A stretch of 64,000 nucleotides of DNA. Origin: Raillietiella orientalis (taxonomy: Eukaryota). Under the pieces are notes generated by a model, which had not been told where the DNA came from, did no database searches, and saw only the letters and a program-made list of their open reading frames with translations. The stretch's first letter is position 1; each line of letters begins with the position of its first letter. Below are positions 1 to 11,430 of the stretch, one piece after another. A program made the translations under genes and the position numbers. The stretch lies in NCBI GenBank assembly GCA_036172245.1, contig JAYWIR010000004.1, positions 2,728,001 to 2,792,000 of the forward strand, read 5' to 3'.

Positions 1-869
1 AGGCGAGGAGGGGAGGACCAGGAGAAGTTTTCGGGGGTCGCGCTTTTCCCGACCCAGATAGGGAGGCGTCCCCCAGCCCCCTTTTCTCCTGCTCCCCCCT
101 CTCTGCGCTGGCTAGGTGTGGGAGTGGGGGTCATGACGCGGAGGCAGGGGATCCGTCAATTCCCATCCTCCTCCTCCCCTGCAGCCGCCGCATTCGGAAG
201 GTCCCCAGATGGGTGCGAGAGCGGCCTCGTTGCAGGCGAGAGGAGGAGGAGAGGCAGATCAGGGGCAAAAGAGACCCCATTTGCTGCCTTCTCTCACCCT
301 ACCTCACCACCGCTACCACCCGCAGCTGTGGGGGTGTCAGTAAGCGGGGCAAGGAGGGAGGGCTTCCTTCCTCTTCCCGGTGCTTGATTGCCGCCCGCCC
401 CCGTCTTACTTTGCACTGAGAGGCATCCTCAGGGCGACCTCTCCGGCTGCCCGGTGGGCCCGGTCCGCGGAGCCTCCTGCAAGCGCCTCCTCCCTCCCTT
501 CTCCCCCTTCCACCAAGGCGCACCCCCGGGACCCGAGCGCGTTCACTCCGGAAGGGGCCTCCCCGCCCTTCTCAAGACCGTCTGGCGCGGGCCGGGGAGG
601 GCCTGGCTGCGGTTGGGCGGCGAGTGGGGACGCACCCGTCCGTTTGGCGCGCCACTCCTCGCCCACCGGGCGGATCCCCGCGTCCGCGCGCCGCAGGTGT
701 GGCGGTTGCAAACGCCTTGCTTCGCGGGGGGTGCGCGGAGAGGGGAAGGGAAGGACTTTTCTGCTCCGGGACGATCCTTCCGGCCCTCCTTCCGGGTCCC
801 GCCTCTTTACCTCGTCTTCCCGTCGCTTCCAGGGTCGTCACCAGGTGATCCTCCGCTCTCGACGGGGGA

Positions 870-3300
870 CAGATGAAGGGATTGAAGGCGAGGCAGTGGA
901 GGGCACTTCCTTCGGGGCTTCGGAAAGGAGGGGTCACGCCACGGATCCCGGATCGCAGGGATCCTCGCCCCTCCCCCCTCCTCACGTTCCTTCTCCCGGT
1001 CGGTCGGTCGGTCGCCCTCCTTCTGGAGGACGGTGCCCGGCGGCGGTGGTGCGCTCGTCGGCCTTCGCCGGGGGGTGAGGCGAGAAAAAAGGGCGGAGGA
1101 GGGGGAGGGGGGGGGGAAGAGAGAAGCCCACCCGATCGCGACCGACGGGTGGCGCACGCTGGCGCGCGAACCACTTCCCTGCCGGTCCGATGGGGGCGGA
1201 GGACCACGATAATCGCCGGGAGTGTTCGAGGCGGACCCGGAGGAGAACGCTCGCTTTCGCTCAAGATCGGTCGCGAGGGAGCGCTTCGGGGTCACTCCGA
1301 GGGGTTTTCCGGCGGGGAAGGAGGGACGCCGGGATGAGTCAGGGAGTCTGCGTCCGCCTCTCCCTCGAGAGCATCGTCCGCTCGCGAAAGCATCGAGGAG
1401 GAGGAGGGAGGAAGCTGTGCGATCGGACGCTGCTCTTGCGTCGGTCTCGGCGGCTCCACCCAGGCAGCGGGGAAAGGAGGAGGTGCCCTGGGACCTTGGG
1501 AGGGGCGAAGAGCGGAAAGCCCTCCAAGAGGGAAGATTGCCGGAAAAGGGGGGAGGGGAATGTGCGGGCGCTGCTTCACGTGTCGCCCCGCCGCATGATC
1601 GCTTCCCCTCGCCTCGGGAGTCAGGAGGAAGAGGAGGAGGAGGTCCGCTTCCTCCCCCTCGTCCTTCAAAAGGCTCCCGAGAAAGGTAGCAGGATCCATC
1701 CCTGCCTCCGACGCGCCTTACGCAAAGGAGGTCCCTGGACCGCGCCGCGAGTCGGCCATCACCGTCTCCGTCTCCTCGGCAACAAGCGGCAAAAAGTCGC
1801 CGCGGATACCGGTGCAAGAAGAACCCAGAGAGGAATCTGCGAGCAGCGCATCCTGGATTCGGAGGATCGGTCGCGGACTGCGGACGGACGGAGACGGCCC
1901 GGACCGACTTTCCTTGCCCTCGACCCCACGCCCCGCTCAGGGCAGCAGCAACGCGCTCTCCCTTCCGTTCTGACCGATCCTGACCGACCGCAGAGGAGGC
2001 CACGCTCAGGACCGTCTGGGCCCGCTGGCCTGGAGGTGGTGGCGTGGACGACCGGGCGGATGCGCGGGAGGTAGGCAGGAAGAGGAAGAGGCCACCGCAT
2101 CCTCGGTCGCTGCGCCGGTCACCTCCGACCGGCCCGTTCGACGGCGGTTCCGGTGGCTCCAAGCTTGGTGCGTGCGCGGGCGACCCAGCTGGACGCCGGC
2201 GGCTCCTGTCCGACGAGCGACTGTCGGGGATCGGCCCGCGCGCCACCTATGGGGGCGGACGAAGGTGGCATCGACCTCCCTTGAGGGGGGAGCGGCACGC
2301 GTAGCGGGCGTTGCGTGGGCGGCGGCCGTGGCGCAGAGAGCTCTGGCAAGCGCGGAAGGAGGGGATGGGGAGGAGGATGGATGGTCCGATGGCGGAAACG
2401 GTACAGAGTCCTTCTCCTCCCCCTCCTCTATTGTTCTTTCGTTGCGCCTGCCCGCCATCCGCACGCTTCGCGCGTGGGAGAATGCGAGGAAGAATCTTCT
2501 CCAGGAGAAGCGCCGAGGACGACGACGCGTGCGGGGGGGGAGGAATGTGAGGGGAGGCGCGGCGTTCCTTCCACGGGCAGCTCTGCACGCGCCCTGCGTG
2601 CCGCGGATGGTCGCTGAGCGAAATTCCCTGGAGCCGCTGGGCAGGTGAGGGTCGCTAGGAGGAAGCGGATGCGCTGCTCTATGGTCTCCAGAAGACGCCA
2701 ACTCCAGTGCAGGCCCCAGCGAGAACAACTAAACGGACTTTCGGGAAAGCAATGCACCCTCGGAACTTCGGGAGACCACGGCCCTTCCAGAATGCCTAAT
2801 CCCGCGTCACAGGAACGGGCACTTCCCGAGAGCGCGAGCTTCCCTTTAAAGGGTTCCAGGAACGCTGGAGGCCGTCTCCGCGCTGTTTTTCTGCCGGTGT
2901 GCCCGCGAGCTCCGGCATTTTCTGAGGGGAGAAGAGGAGGGCTGGGGACGATGAGGCGGAGCGGACTCGCCTCTATCTTCCCTTCCTCCAGGAGACGGAC
3001 GCGCAAGATGGTCGGGGGGCGGTCGAGCGGGGGTAGGTTCCTCGGTCGTGCGCCTCGGTGTCGGACGAGGGTCGCTGCCGCAGCAGCAGCAGCATCCATT
3101 CGTGCAACAATGGGTGCGGCGGGAAACCACGGGCAGGAGGAACCTTCCTGGCGCTGCGGATGCCACCTTGAGGCGAAGGAGAGCAGATAGCGGCACAGAT
3201 GGGCGCCCAGCCTGCGAGCCTCTCCTGAAAGATGCCACGCCCTGCGGAACGGCGGAGGACCTCGACCTCCTTTTGTTCCCTTCCCCCCGAAGCGATCCTC
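870..3300 (+). mobile_element. Decayed Ty3/Gypsy LTR retrotransposon internal region (gag-protease...integrase)
   Basis: Degenerate motifs in the expected order across frames. Knuckle-like 'CRKRGEGN' (~1538). Aspartic protease 'KVAADTGA' (DTGA at 1805-1816). Integrase-like 'VFLPVCPRAPAFSE' (cf. YLLVVDxYSxxPE), 'LASIFPSS..MVGG' (cf. LxSIFxRxGxPxxVVSDNG) and 'LLKDATPCGTAEDLDLLLF' (cf. LLxYRxTPxxxGxSPAxLLF). Boundaries approximate. Confidence 0.5.
1538..2630 (+). repeat. Inverted repeat A, left arm (1093 bp), reverse complement of 51800-52892
   Basis: Direct comparison: paired coordinates sum to 54430 throughout. The ORF track gives identical translations in several frames (e.g. 2044..2304+ = 52126..52386-). 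Only two substitutions were noticed (C1889/T, G1996/A). Confidence 0.97.
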
Positions 3301-4326
3301 TCCTATCCAGCAACAAGCCAGTCCTAGAGGGAGGTGGTCCTCCGCGGGCGGCGGCACCGCCCATCCGTCCCGGAAAGGGACCTTCACAAGTGCTGGGGAG
3401 CGACGGGTTTCTCCAGGAAGGGTTGACCTCCCACATCCTGTGATCCTTGGGTGAGGGCTGATGGTTCGTGGAGGAAGGAAGGACTCAGCTTCGGTTGCCG
3501 TCCCCCCTCCCCCCCCTTCCCGCTTGGAGACGGACTGTGATCGCACGGCGGGGGCATCTCGGCGATCGAAGATTCGTGCGTCGACTCCCGAGCGAAACCG
3601 AGGCCCCTGCGAGGGTGCCTTCGGGAGCCTCTGGCAGCAGCGTCGGCGTCGGCGGCGCTGCGATTGAAGGCTTCGACCCCGCCGCTCCCAGCCACGCCGC
3701 CTCCAGGATCACCTGGGAGCGTAGGAGAGCTCGGCCCTTCCGGCGACGGGCGGCGCGTGTTGTTGGCCAAATGGGGGAGGTGAAGATGGAACGAGGAAGG
3801 AAGGAAGGAAGGAGGGAGGGGGGGGGGAAGGCAACTCGTGATGTCTTTGCGCTGCTGCTGCCCTGAGGCTGAGGGTGAAAGAATAAAAAAAAGACTCCAA
3901 ACATTCCGGGTCAGTCACCTGGAGCATAAAGAACTTCCCAGACAGCAGTCATTGTGCCCGGTTCATCGTCGGGGGAAGACTCCAGTAGGAGGGACGTGGG
4001 GAGGAAGAGGAGGAGGGGGGAGGAGGGATGCAACTGAGAATCCACTCTGCGCAACTCCCGCGAGATGCATAATGACCTCCGCTTTTCATTCCCGATGATT
4101 GAGGAGCGTTTGGGTCGTTGCCAAGGCGTTGGAAGCGCTACGGGGGAAAAAAAAAAGAGAAATAGAAAGCACGGAGCGTCCCGCTCTCCTTCCTCGCCTA
4201 CTCGCGCTCCCCCGCGGTGGGTCCGCCCTGAAGGCGCGTTCCGAGCGCGCGGGCTCCCCCCTCTGCCAGGCGTCGGGAGGACTGACGGGGGGAGGACGCT
4301 GTCGGAGTGTCCAGAGGGCACCTGCA

Positions 4327-5620
4327 CTCCTGGGGCCACCGTCCGGCTCGGCGCGCGCCCGGAGGAAGTAGATCAGGCCGTCGGCTCGGGAGCGGGGCTA
4401 GCAGTCCCACGTGCCCGCTGCTGCGCCGGAATCGCCCGTGGCAAGGCGAATGCCCGCGCCTCCACCACTTGAAGGTGCGGGAGCTCCCGCGGGTCCAGTC
4501 TAGAGTCGGAAGCGCGTGCGCGCAGGGATGGACAGCGTCCCTCAGCGAGGCCGTCGAGGACCCGTACGGCTAGTCCTGGAAGCGGAGGAGGACGAGGAGG
4601 AGGAGAGGGGGATGCTTGCTGTCTCGGTTTGCCGGCGTCCTCTTCCCCTTCGGCCAACCCATGCAGAGGGCATCCATGTTCGCGCGGTACAGCACGTCGC
4701 GAACCCCAGAGGGCCTTCCAGGGACGCGTGGGGATGGCAGAGTGCTGCCGGAAGGTCGCCACCCTGCTGCGCACCGGCATCCGCATGTCCCATCGTCGGA
4801 AGCCGTCGCCCGGGAGACGGCAGCGCCGCCTGATCGCTGCCCTGCAGCCCCCGGACTGGAGCGAAAGGGGGGAGCGGAAGGAGAAGGGAAAAAAGCATCT
4901 CGGCCCAGAGTTCGCGCCTCGGGCTTGCTCGCGAGCCCGCTTTAGGCCGGCACCGAGCGTGTCCCTGCGACTCTCCTCCCTCCTTCCCTCCCTCCCTTCC
5001 AGGTCTCGTTCCGAAGCCCCCCGGAGGGGAGACCCGCGTCGATAGTCGGAGGGGTGCGAAGAACGGGAAGGGGGGCAATCGGCCCCTTGGAGGGAAGGGA
5101 GGGTATCCGCCTTTTTGAGGAGCAACCAGGGCGGGGAGGGTTCCGGGACGGAGCCATGGCATCGCGGGTCCGGCCGCGCGCGGAGGGAGGCCATCCGTGG
5201 GGCGACGACGCCGGGGTTCGCGGTGTTCCTCCGGAACGAGTGGCGGCGCAGTTCCCGGAACCGAGAGGGGGTTGTCCCGACCGAGGAGGGGGAAGGCAGG
5301 CGAAACGGATTGATCAAAGATGGTGCCGGTGTGTGTTTGCCACGCGACGCGCGTCCTACCGAGGAGGAAGGGAGGAGTGGAAGACGAATATGGGGCCGGA
5401 AAAGAGGGGAAGGGAAGAGGAGGACATCGCTCGTCTTCGACAGGGGAAGGAGGGTCTTTCGACCGGGGCACGGATGCTTTCCGGAGGCTCGAACGACACA
5501 GGGGCAGATCCTGCCCCGTTCGCAGCGGAAAAGGGGAGGAGGCAACGGGCTGGGGAGGGAGTCTCGGCGGCCACCGATGCCATCCCGATTCGCGGAGCTC
5601 GGGTAGAGATTAGCGTCCGC
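4327..5620 (+). mobile_element. Decayed Gypsy pol (RT C-terminus, RNase H, integrase)
   Basis: 'LGARPEEVDQAV' (cf. GIxPDPxKVxAI). RNase H-like 'PVRLVLEAEE..ERGMLAV..LRPTHAEGIHVRAVQH..PSRDAWGW' (cf. EREMLAV..FRPYLxG..TDH..GRLARW). Integrase-like 'AIRGATTPGFAVFL' and 'CPDRGG' (cf. SDRG). Confidence 0.45.
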
Positions 5621-7679
5621 GGCAAGGGGAGCGTCCGCGGTGGAGTTCACCAGCCCGCGGTCCCTGGCATCGACTGCGTCCCCACTGGTTGCCCCCTTCC
5701 CCGCGCGGTGGTGTCCGGTTCGGCTCGCTGACTCCGGGAATGGCTTTCGGACCGCTGCACTCGGGGACGGCTGGGTTTCTCCTGGCGTTGCGGCCGTCTT
5801 TTGATCGCACGCGCCAACGGCGACCTCCTCATCCCCCCACGCCATCCTCGGACCCTGCCCCCCTTCTTCTAGATCAGACGTACGCGGCAATCGGCGTCGG
5901 GGTCTCCCCGAGTGGACCGGAATGGGTGAAGGTTTCGCCTTACAGGCAGACGCATGCGCGCGCGGATCTACTGGCGTGACGGTCGGCCGGTCGAGAGCCG
6001 CAGCTCCGCCTGGCGGTGCCTTGAGAAAGCGTCGGGGAGGGCAGTCGAATCCTTCCTTCTTGCAGGAAGAACGCTCCTGCAAGAAACTTCCCTCCGGACG
6101 GACGCCGTCAGCGGCGGTCGTTGCGCAAGAAGGCGGGTGACCCCGCTGACTACACGGCCCAACGAATCCGTAATGAGGATGCGAGAGAGGGGAAAGTGCA
6201 AAAAAAATTTATTTATTCTTTCACACGTGACCTCTCCTAGAGGCTCGCATTCGCGCCCCTTCCAGACCGGTTGCACCACGCTCAGAGGTGGAATAGGCTT
6301 TCGGAAGGCTTCGAGCGAGACCACGCCGACCTTTTCGTACCGAGTTTCACTTCCGCCTACCAGGAGATTTCCGGTAGGTGGAAGAATTCCCACACACTGT
6401 TGTTGGGGGGGGGGGAGGGGCACCACTTGCTTGCAATTGTGCTGGCACTCGTGCATTCATTCAGACCACGAGGCTCTTCGGGAGGGGACACCCACGCCCA
6501 CGCACACCCGCGGTAAGAGAAAGAGAGGAGGAGGAAAACAAAAACCATGGAGACCCGAGCGCACCAAGGACAACAACAAATGAGACACCGTCCCGATGTT
6601 GCAATAAGGACGAGAGCGGACGGGGGGGAGGGAAGAGGGGGGAGCGAGCGCGGTGCGAATGGGGCCTCCGCGGCCTGCTGACGAGCCAGACCGCTAGCTT
6701 ACGGAGGCCCGGCTGGGACGGGTTCGCCCTCGGCGCTGGGTTGCAGCCGCCTCGACCCGAGTTCGCCGAGGTTAAGCCTGGGGCTCCGCCGCGCCGAAGC
6801 ATTGCCTCCCCACGTTGCTCCGCGCCCTTCACCCTTCGAGCGGGGCTCCTGCGACCGGTAAGTGCTCCCGCCCCAGGACTGGAATCGCGGTTTACCCTCC
6901 CCCCCGGACTCTCCGAGGGCGAACGATTAGCCCGGGGAAGCTGCCCGCGCGGCCAGGAGGAGTCGCCACGGCGGACAGATCAAGACTCAGGGAGACTGCG
7001 AACCAACAGGAACCTTCCTCCTCCCCGCCAGCCTCCCCGTCCTCTCGGACGCGCGAGCGGAAAAGGCGCCCCCGCCGCCGGTCCGGCAAACCCAGCCTCC
7101 GGAGCTGGCCGGCCGGACCGATCCCAGTTTGCGAGCATCCCGGTTGGACGTCGGAAAGTCCGACGGGGGAGAACTCGCGCAAACATCTCGGCAACCCTTC
7201 TCTGTCCTTTCCCGCGAAAGGAGGGGAGGGAGAGAAAGCGGGGGTCGACGAAGATTTTCTCTCCCCGAGGGCATCATCTCTCGTCGCGGGCAAATTCCGG
7301 CCCCGCGGCGGTGCTTCGCACTACCGTCTAGCGGGCCACCAGCCAGGATGGAACTTGCTCTTTCGCGGCTCTGCACGCAGGCCGGGAGACGCGGACCCGC
7401 TCAGCGGCGCCTCCGTTCGATCCAACCCCGCGGTGCGTGCACGGGCTGTAGCATCCCTGGAGACGCTCTCCTTTCTCCGGTGACCCCCTCCCCCCAATCC
7501 CTCATGCAATCTCTCAGGGAGAAAAAGAAAACATCCGAATTCGTGCCGGAACTCATAACTGAAGGTGCTCAGCAACTCTGGACAGCGACGGCCACCGCCG
7601 CTCCGCGAGCTTGAGGAAGAGCGCCACCGGGCTGCTGCTGCTGCGCGAGGCCGCCGTCCGTTCCAGCGGCAGCCCTGAG

Positions 7680-8420
7680 GACCACCAGCAGCTTCGCTGC
7701 CTTGGCTGGCTGCAGGCACACGGACAGCCTTCTTCCTCTCGTGGTGCTTTCAGGATCCAGTTGCACCTCTCCCTCCGACGCCGCCTCCTTGGAAAGGAGA
7801 GGACAAGATGGCGTTTGCGCGCGTCGACAGGAAAACCTCTCTCGAAACAAGCTCGTGAGCCGCATTTCTGCTCAGGGACTCCCGAACTTAGGGATCTTTC
7901 TCGTAAGTCCGTTCCTTCGAGATCGTGGCAGCCGGAAAGGGGTGTCGAGATGCTCCGAATCCTGCTGCCGAGGCATCCGGTTATCTTTCGGAGATCAAGC
8001 GGCGGGATCAGGTGGTGATCCGCTCCCCCACACCTGCACTTGCGCCTGGTCCATCGTGACAGTAGATGTGTCAGAGGAGGTCTCGAAGGTCAAGCCGTTC
8101 CTGTATCAGTCCACACCGAGACCCCAACGAGACCGCGGATGGCTACGGGGATCTCTTGTGATGCCGCCTCGCGTCGCAGAGTCTCTACTCGCGCAACGCT
8201 GGCAGTTCCACGGAGTCCTTGCGATGCCTTTTTTTTTTTCTTTTTCACTCGAGCGCAGTGGAGGATGAGAGAACGGATGCAGGTGGGCGTATCTCCTTCT
8301 ACCCTCCCCCTGGACCAGTTCAGCGACTTCCATGCTCGCTTGATGCGTCTTGGATGGAAAGAACAACGACAACATCGCTCGCAGCCTATCGGCGCGCAAC
8401 GTGGTGAGCACATCCGTGGT
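7680..8420 (+). mobile_element. Decayed non-LTR (LINE) reverse transcriptase
   Basis: 'RNKLVSRISAQGLPNLGIFLVSPFLRDR' (7843-7926) matches the LINE RT pattern HxKLLxKLxxxGxxxxxxxWIxSFLxDR. An 'AFR' (cf. QxGFR) lies upstream and 'FHGVL' (cf. YLGV) downstream. Confidence 0.45.
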
Positions 8421-9479
8421 GTACGATCCGTAGCTCCGTTCACCAGGGGTGTTTCCCTCGTCGATCGATCGATCCATGTCCCCCTTCCCCCCCGGACTCG
8501 ACTCCTTGCTCGCGACCAGCATGAGAGAGATGTGCCTCTCTGCAGGCGCAACCACCTGGAAGCACGCAAAGAGCTTTCCGGCCTTTTCCGGCTGCTGCCA
8601 TGGTTCGTCGCGCAAGCAGGCATCAGCTGCAGAGACGACTGTGGCTTATGGACGCCGCGGCATCGTCCGAAAAACTCCCTTCGGTGTCGGGGATGCGTGT
8701 CACGTGGGATCCAACAGGCCGTGAAGATTTCTCCGGGAAGGAAGCGAAAATCTGCGTCCAGGCGCTGCAGCGGGCCATCAATTTGGCTCCAAGCCCATCG
8801 CACGAGCCACTGAGGGAACGTACGGACGAGGATTTTGCTCTGCACGGGCTTTGGGATCGGAAGGTTTCCTCGCCAGCACCAGGATTTCTTCCAGAGGTGA
8901 TCTCCTCGCCTTTTTCTACGATCTCGTTGAGCTAAGGAAACCACTAATGGGTTTCCTAGGAGAGATAGCCATCCGGGAACTCCGGGGCGTTCATTTATAA
9001 ATTATATAAACATTCATGATTTCTGTGGCTGGACAAGTGGTGCAACCCCATCCTTTTTTGATTTAACTTGCCGCGTTACCAGTTCGCAAACCGGTGAGGT
9101 CCACCGCAGCAGCAGAGGGGAGGGCTCAAACAAAAAGAAAAAGACACAAAACAAAAATAAAACAATTTGAGGAAGGGGGGGGGGGGAAGGGGTGCGTGCG
9201 TGCGGGAAGGGATCACTGTCTGCTGGGGGCGGTTCTCTTCATCTTCTGTAGGATGCCGGCAAGATCTTGCTGGATATCGCTGTCCAGGTGGAGCCATCTC
9301 GCTGCCATCCTTATGAATCGGACGGCCAAGTGGATGTGGCACCCCTGCCGCACCGTTCTCTTGCGTCACTCCAGTCAGCGACGATCCTGCGTAGGCAGCA
9401 AAGAGCTGCTAACGAGACTGCCTGCCGAAGGGCGTCGCGTAGGAGGAGGGGCCGTAAACCGTCCCTGGAGTTGCCGACG

Positions 9480-9620
9480 GGGGCTCGAAGGGACGCGGCA
9501 AAGTGTTCCCAAAGGGGCCGGAGGGCAACAACACAATCCACAAGCGGGTGCGGGAGAGATTTGCGCTCCTCGCACCTAGCACAGTTTGGGTTCACCCCAT
9601 CCACTCCGTGTCCAGTGATG
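9480..9620 (-). mobile_element. Decayed L1/Tx1-type LINE C-terminal zinc finger (zf-RVT-like)
   Basis: ORF 9311..9763(-) contains 'NPNCARCEERKSLPHPLVDCVVALRPLW', i.e. CxxC-x7-H-x4-C..W, as in Tx1/L1 ORF2 C-termini. Confidence 0.45.
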
Positions 9621-10046
9621 TCTGCGCACGTTGCCCCGGAGGTCCCAGTGCAGCAGCAGCAGCGCCGACTCCTGCCACTTTGAGGGAAGGGGGAGCAGGG
9701 GGAGCTGGAGGTGAGGTGGGCAGGGGCTGCGGAGACCCCGACTTGAAACGGAGACGACTCCATTTGTCACAAGTCGTGCCACGGGGTTCTGAGGGTGCCT
9801 CCAGTAAATGTGGTCAGGATCAGATGCTGAGATGCCCGTATTCGTATTTCACTTGATAGGGCTCTGATGACCAACAACGAAATTCTGAGGTCAGCATGTG
9901 CAGAAGGAGAAAAAACTTTTTTCTGTACATGCTGAAGACCTATGCTTGGAAGTGCATTCAGAGAGGTCTGCATCAGTAGAAGACCAAACGTTTCCTTTAG
10001 CTACGTTTTGGTTTCCTCCTTTGTCCATTATCTGAACCTTTCTGGA

Positions 10047-10086
<40 letters not shown>
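10047..10086. repeat. (GAT)13 microsatellite
   Basis: Seen directly. Confidence 0.95.
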
Positions 10087-11260
10087 CTAGTTCAAATGCT
10101 GCATTTTTTTTGTTTAAAAAAAGGAGAGTAATTTCTCTCTTTTCTTTCATCAAATGCAGCAGCTTCGTTCCAGTGGCTAAAGAGGTGGTGTATTTGTTTC
10201 TTGGCAAAAGGGAATCAGCACACACCACCACTTCATTAGGTTCCTCCCCCCCCTCCCTCCCCCCGAATATGAAGAACGATTTGACTATCATCCAGCTATT
10301 GATTTTTGATTACATTCGAGTTTGATCAATAAATTCCAGAGCTTGGTGATTGTTGCATCACTTGAAATCGAAACGAGAAAGTCGAATTCGAGTGCATTTA
10401 GCTGATTAGCAAAACGTATAGCTGGAAGGCCTTTTTTGTTTTTCCTTTCCGAAAGTATTACCAACAGATATCCTTCGACGTTTTTTGCCCTGCGACCGTT
10501 TGTTCACAAGGTAATGAATTTTCGATTTCTCATTCATATGAAACAAATGAAGCGATCCGAAATGAGAGAAACGAATCAGTTCAATCTTTTCAGGATGGAT
10601 GTTCTGTTTCGAATTCATACAATGATATGTTAATAAATTTCAAAGCAAATCGAGCTCCTCTCCGGATGAATATCAGTTTTCCAAAATTGTTCTCCGTTCT
10701 GAAAGAAAGTTGTTTCTAAACTTGTCATTCCAGCTGAGCATACATAAGCGAGAATCTCTTGCAGTGAAGAAGAATTGCCCTTTTTGCTTCTGGAAACAAT
10801 CTTGTGAATTTATCAAGTGAACCGAACTCTTTTTCCGAATCCGTTATCACTACAGTGATTGATTTTTTTTTTTTCTTCTTCTCCTTCTTCTTCAGAGGAA
10901 AAAAAAAGAAAAAAAAAAAAAAAGGCGAAATTCTTCTTCAGCGACGACGAGGAGGCTCGAAAGAGAGATTTTCGCAGTCTATAGTCTTGTGTTGCAGTGA
11001 TATGGATTTGAGAAATAGGAATCGGAGACTTTGAACGTGGGAAGATCGGTTTGCTTAATACATGTGTACTTGGAACTTGAAATGGCAGTTTTTAATTCGT
11101 TGAATAAGCTTTTTTTTTTTGTGTGTGTGTGTGTGTGCGTGTGCTAATAAAATTCTGAACTCATAACATTGAGAAGAAAATTTCTCCAAAGAAATGGAAA
11201 AAAGAAAGACACATTTACAAGTTTTCATTTAATTGACGTTCCCTATTAGGCTCCTACTCA

Positions 11261-11311
11261 TTTTTTTTTCCTCCTCCGACTTCTCCGCTGAATTAATCAC
11301 AGAAGCTGCAG
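11261..11311 (+). promoter_or_regulatory. Possible 3' splice acceptor of a 5'UTR intron upstream of ODAD2
   Basis: Polypyrimidine tract (TTTTTTTTTCCTCCTCCGACTTCTCC) followed by CAG at 11300-11302 and 11309-11311, about 120 nt before the ATG. No transcript evidence. Confidence 0.25.
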
Positions 11312-11430
11312 ATTCGTGATTTCGTCCGAGTATCAGCTCGAGGCTAGGAGCTTTCTGGAAAATTAAGAGTCTGTCGTCGGAAAGTTCCCACTTTGTGATA
11401 GCAAAGTAGGGACGTTCGAATTGAGCTGAG

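Noticed and set aside
3793..3890. Polypurine tract + TGATGT + AATAAA as the PPT and 3' LTR of the first Gypsy fossil
   Set aside because: No matching 5' LTR could be found, and purine tracts are ubiquitous here.
4373..6082. 569-aa minus-strand ORF
   Set aside because: Arg/Pro/Gly/Ser-rich with no domain. It is antisense to a Gypsy pol fossil, and long ORFs occur in all frames because stop codons are rare at this GC content.
8932..8960. Hairpin AGGAAACC-n7-GGTTTCCT ending in CTAG as a Helitron 3' end
   Set aside because: The CTAG overlaps the stem instead of lying ~10 bp downstream, there is no A/T insertion context, and no 5' TC end or Rep/helicase was seen.
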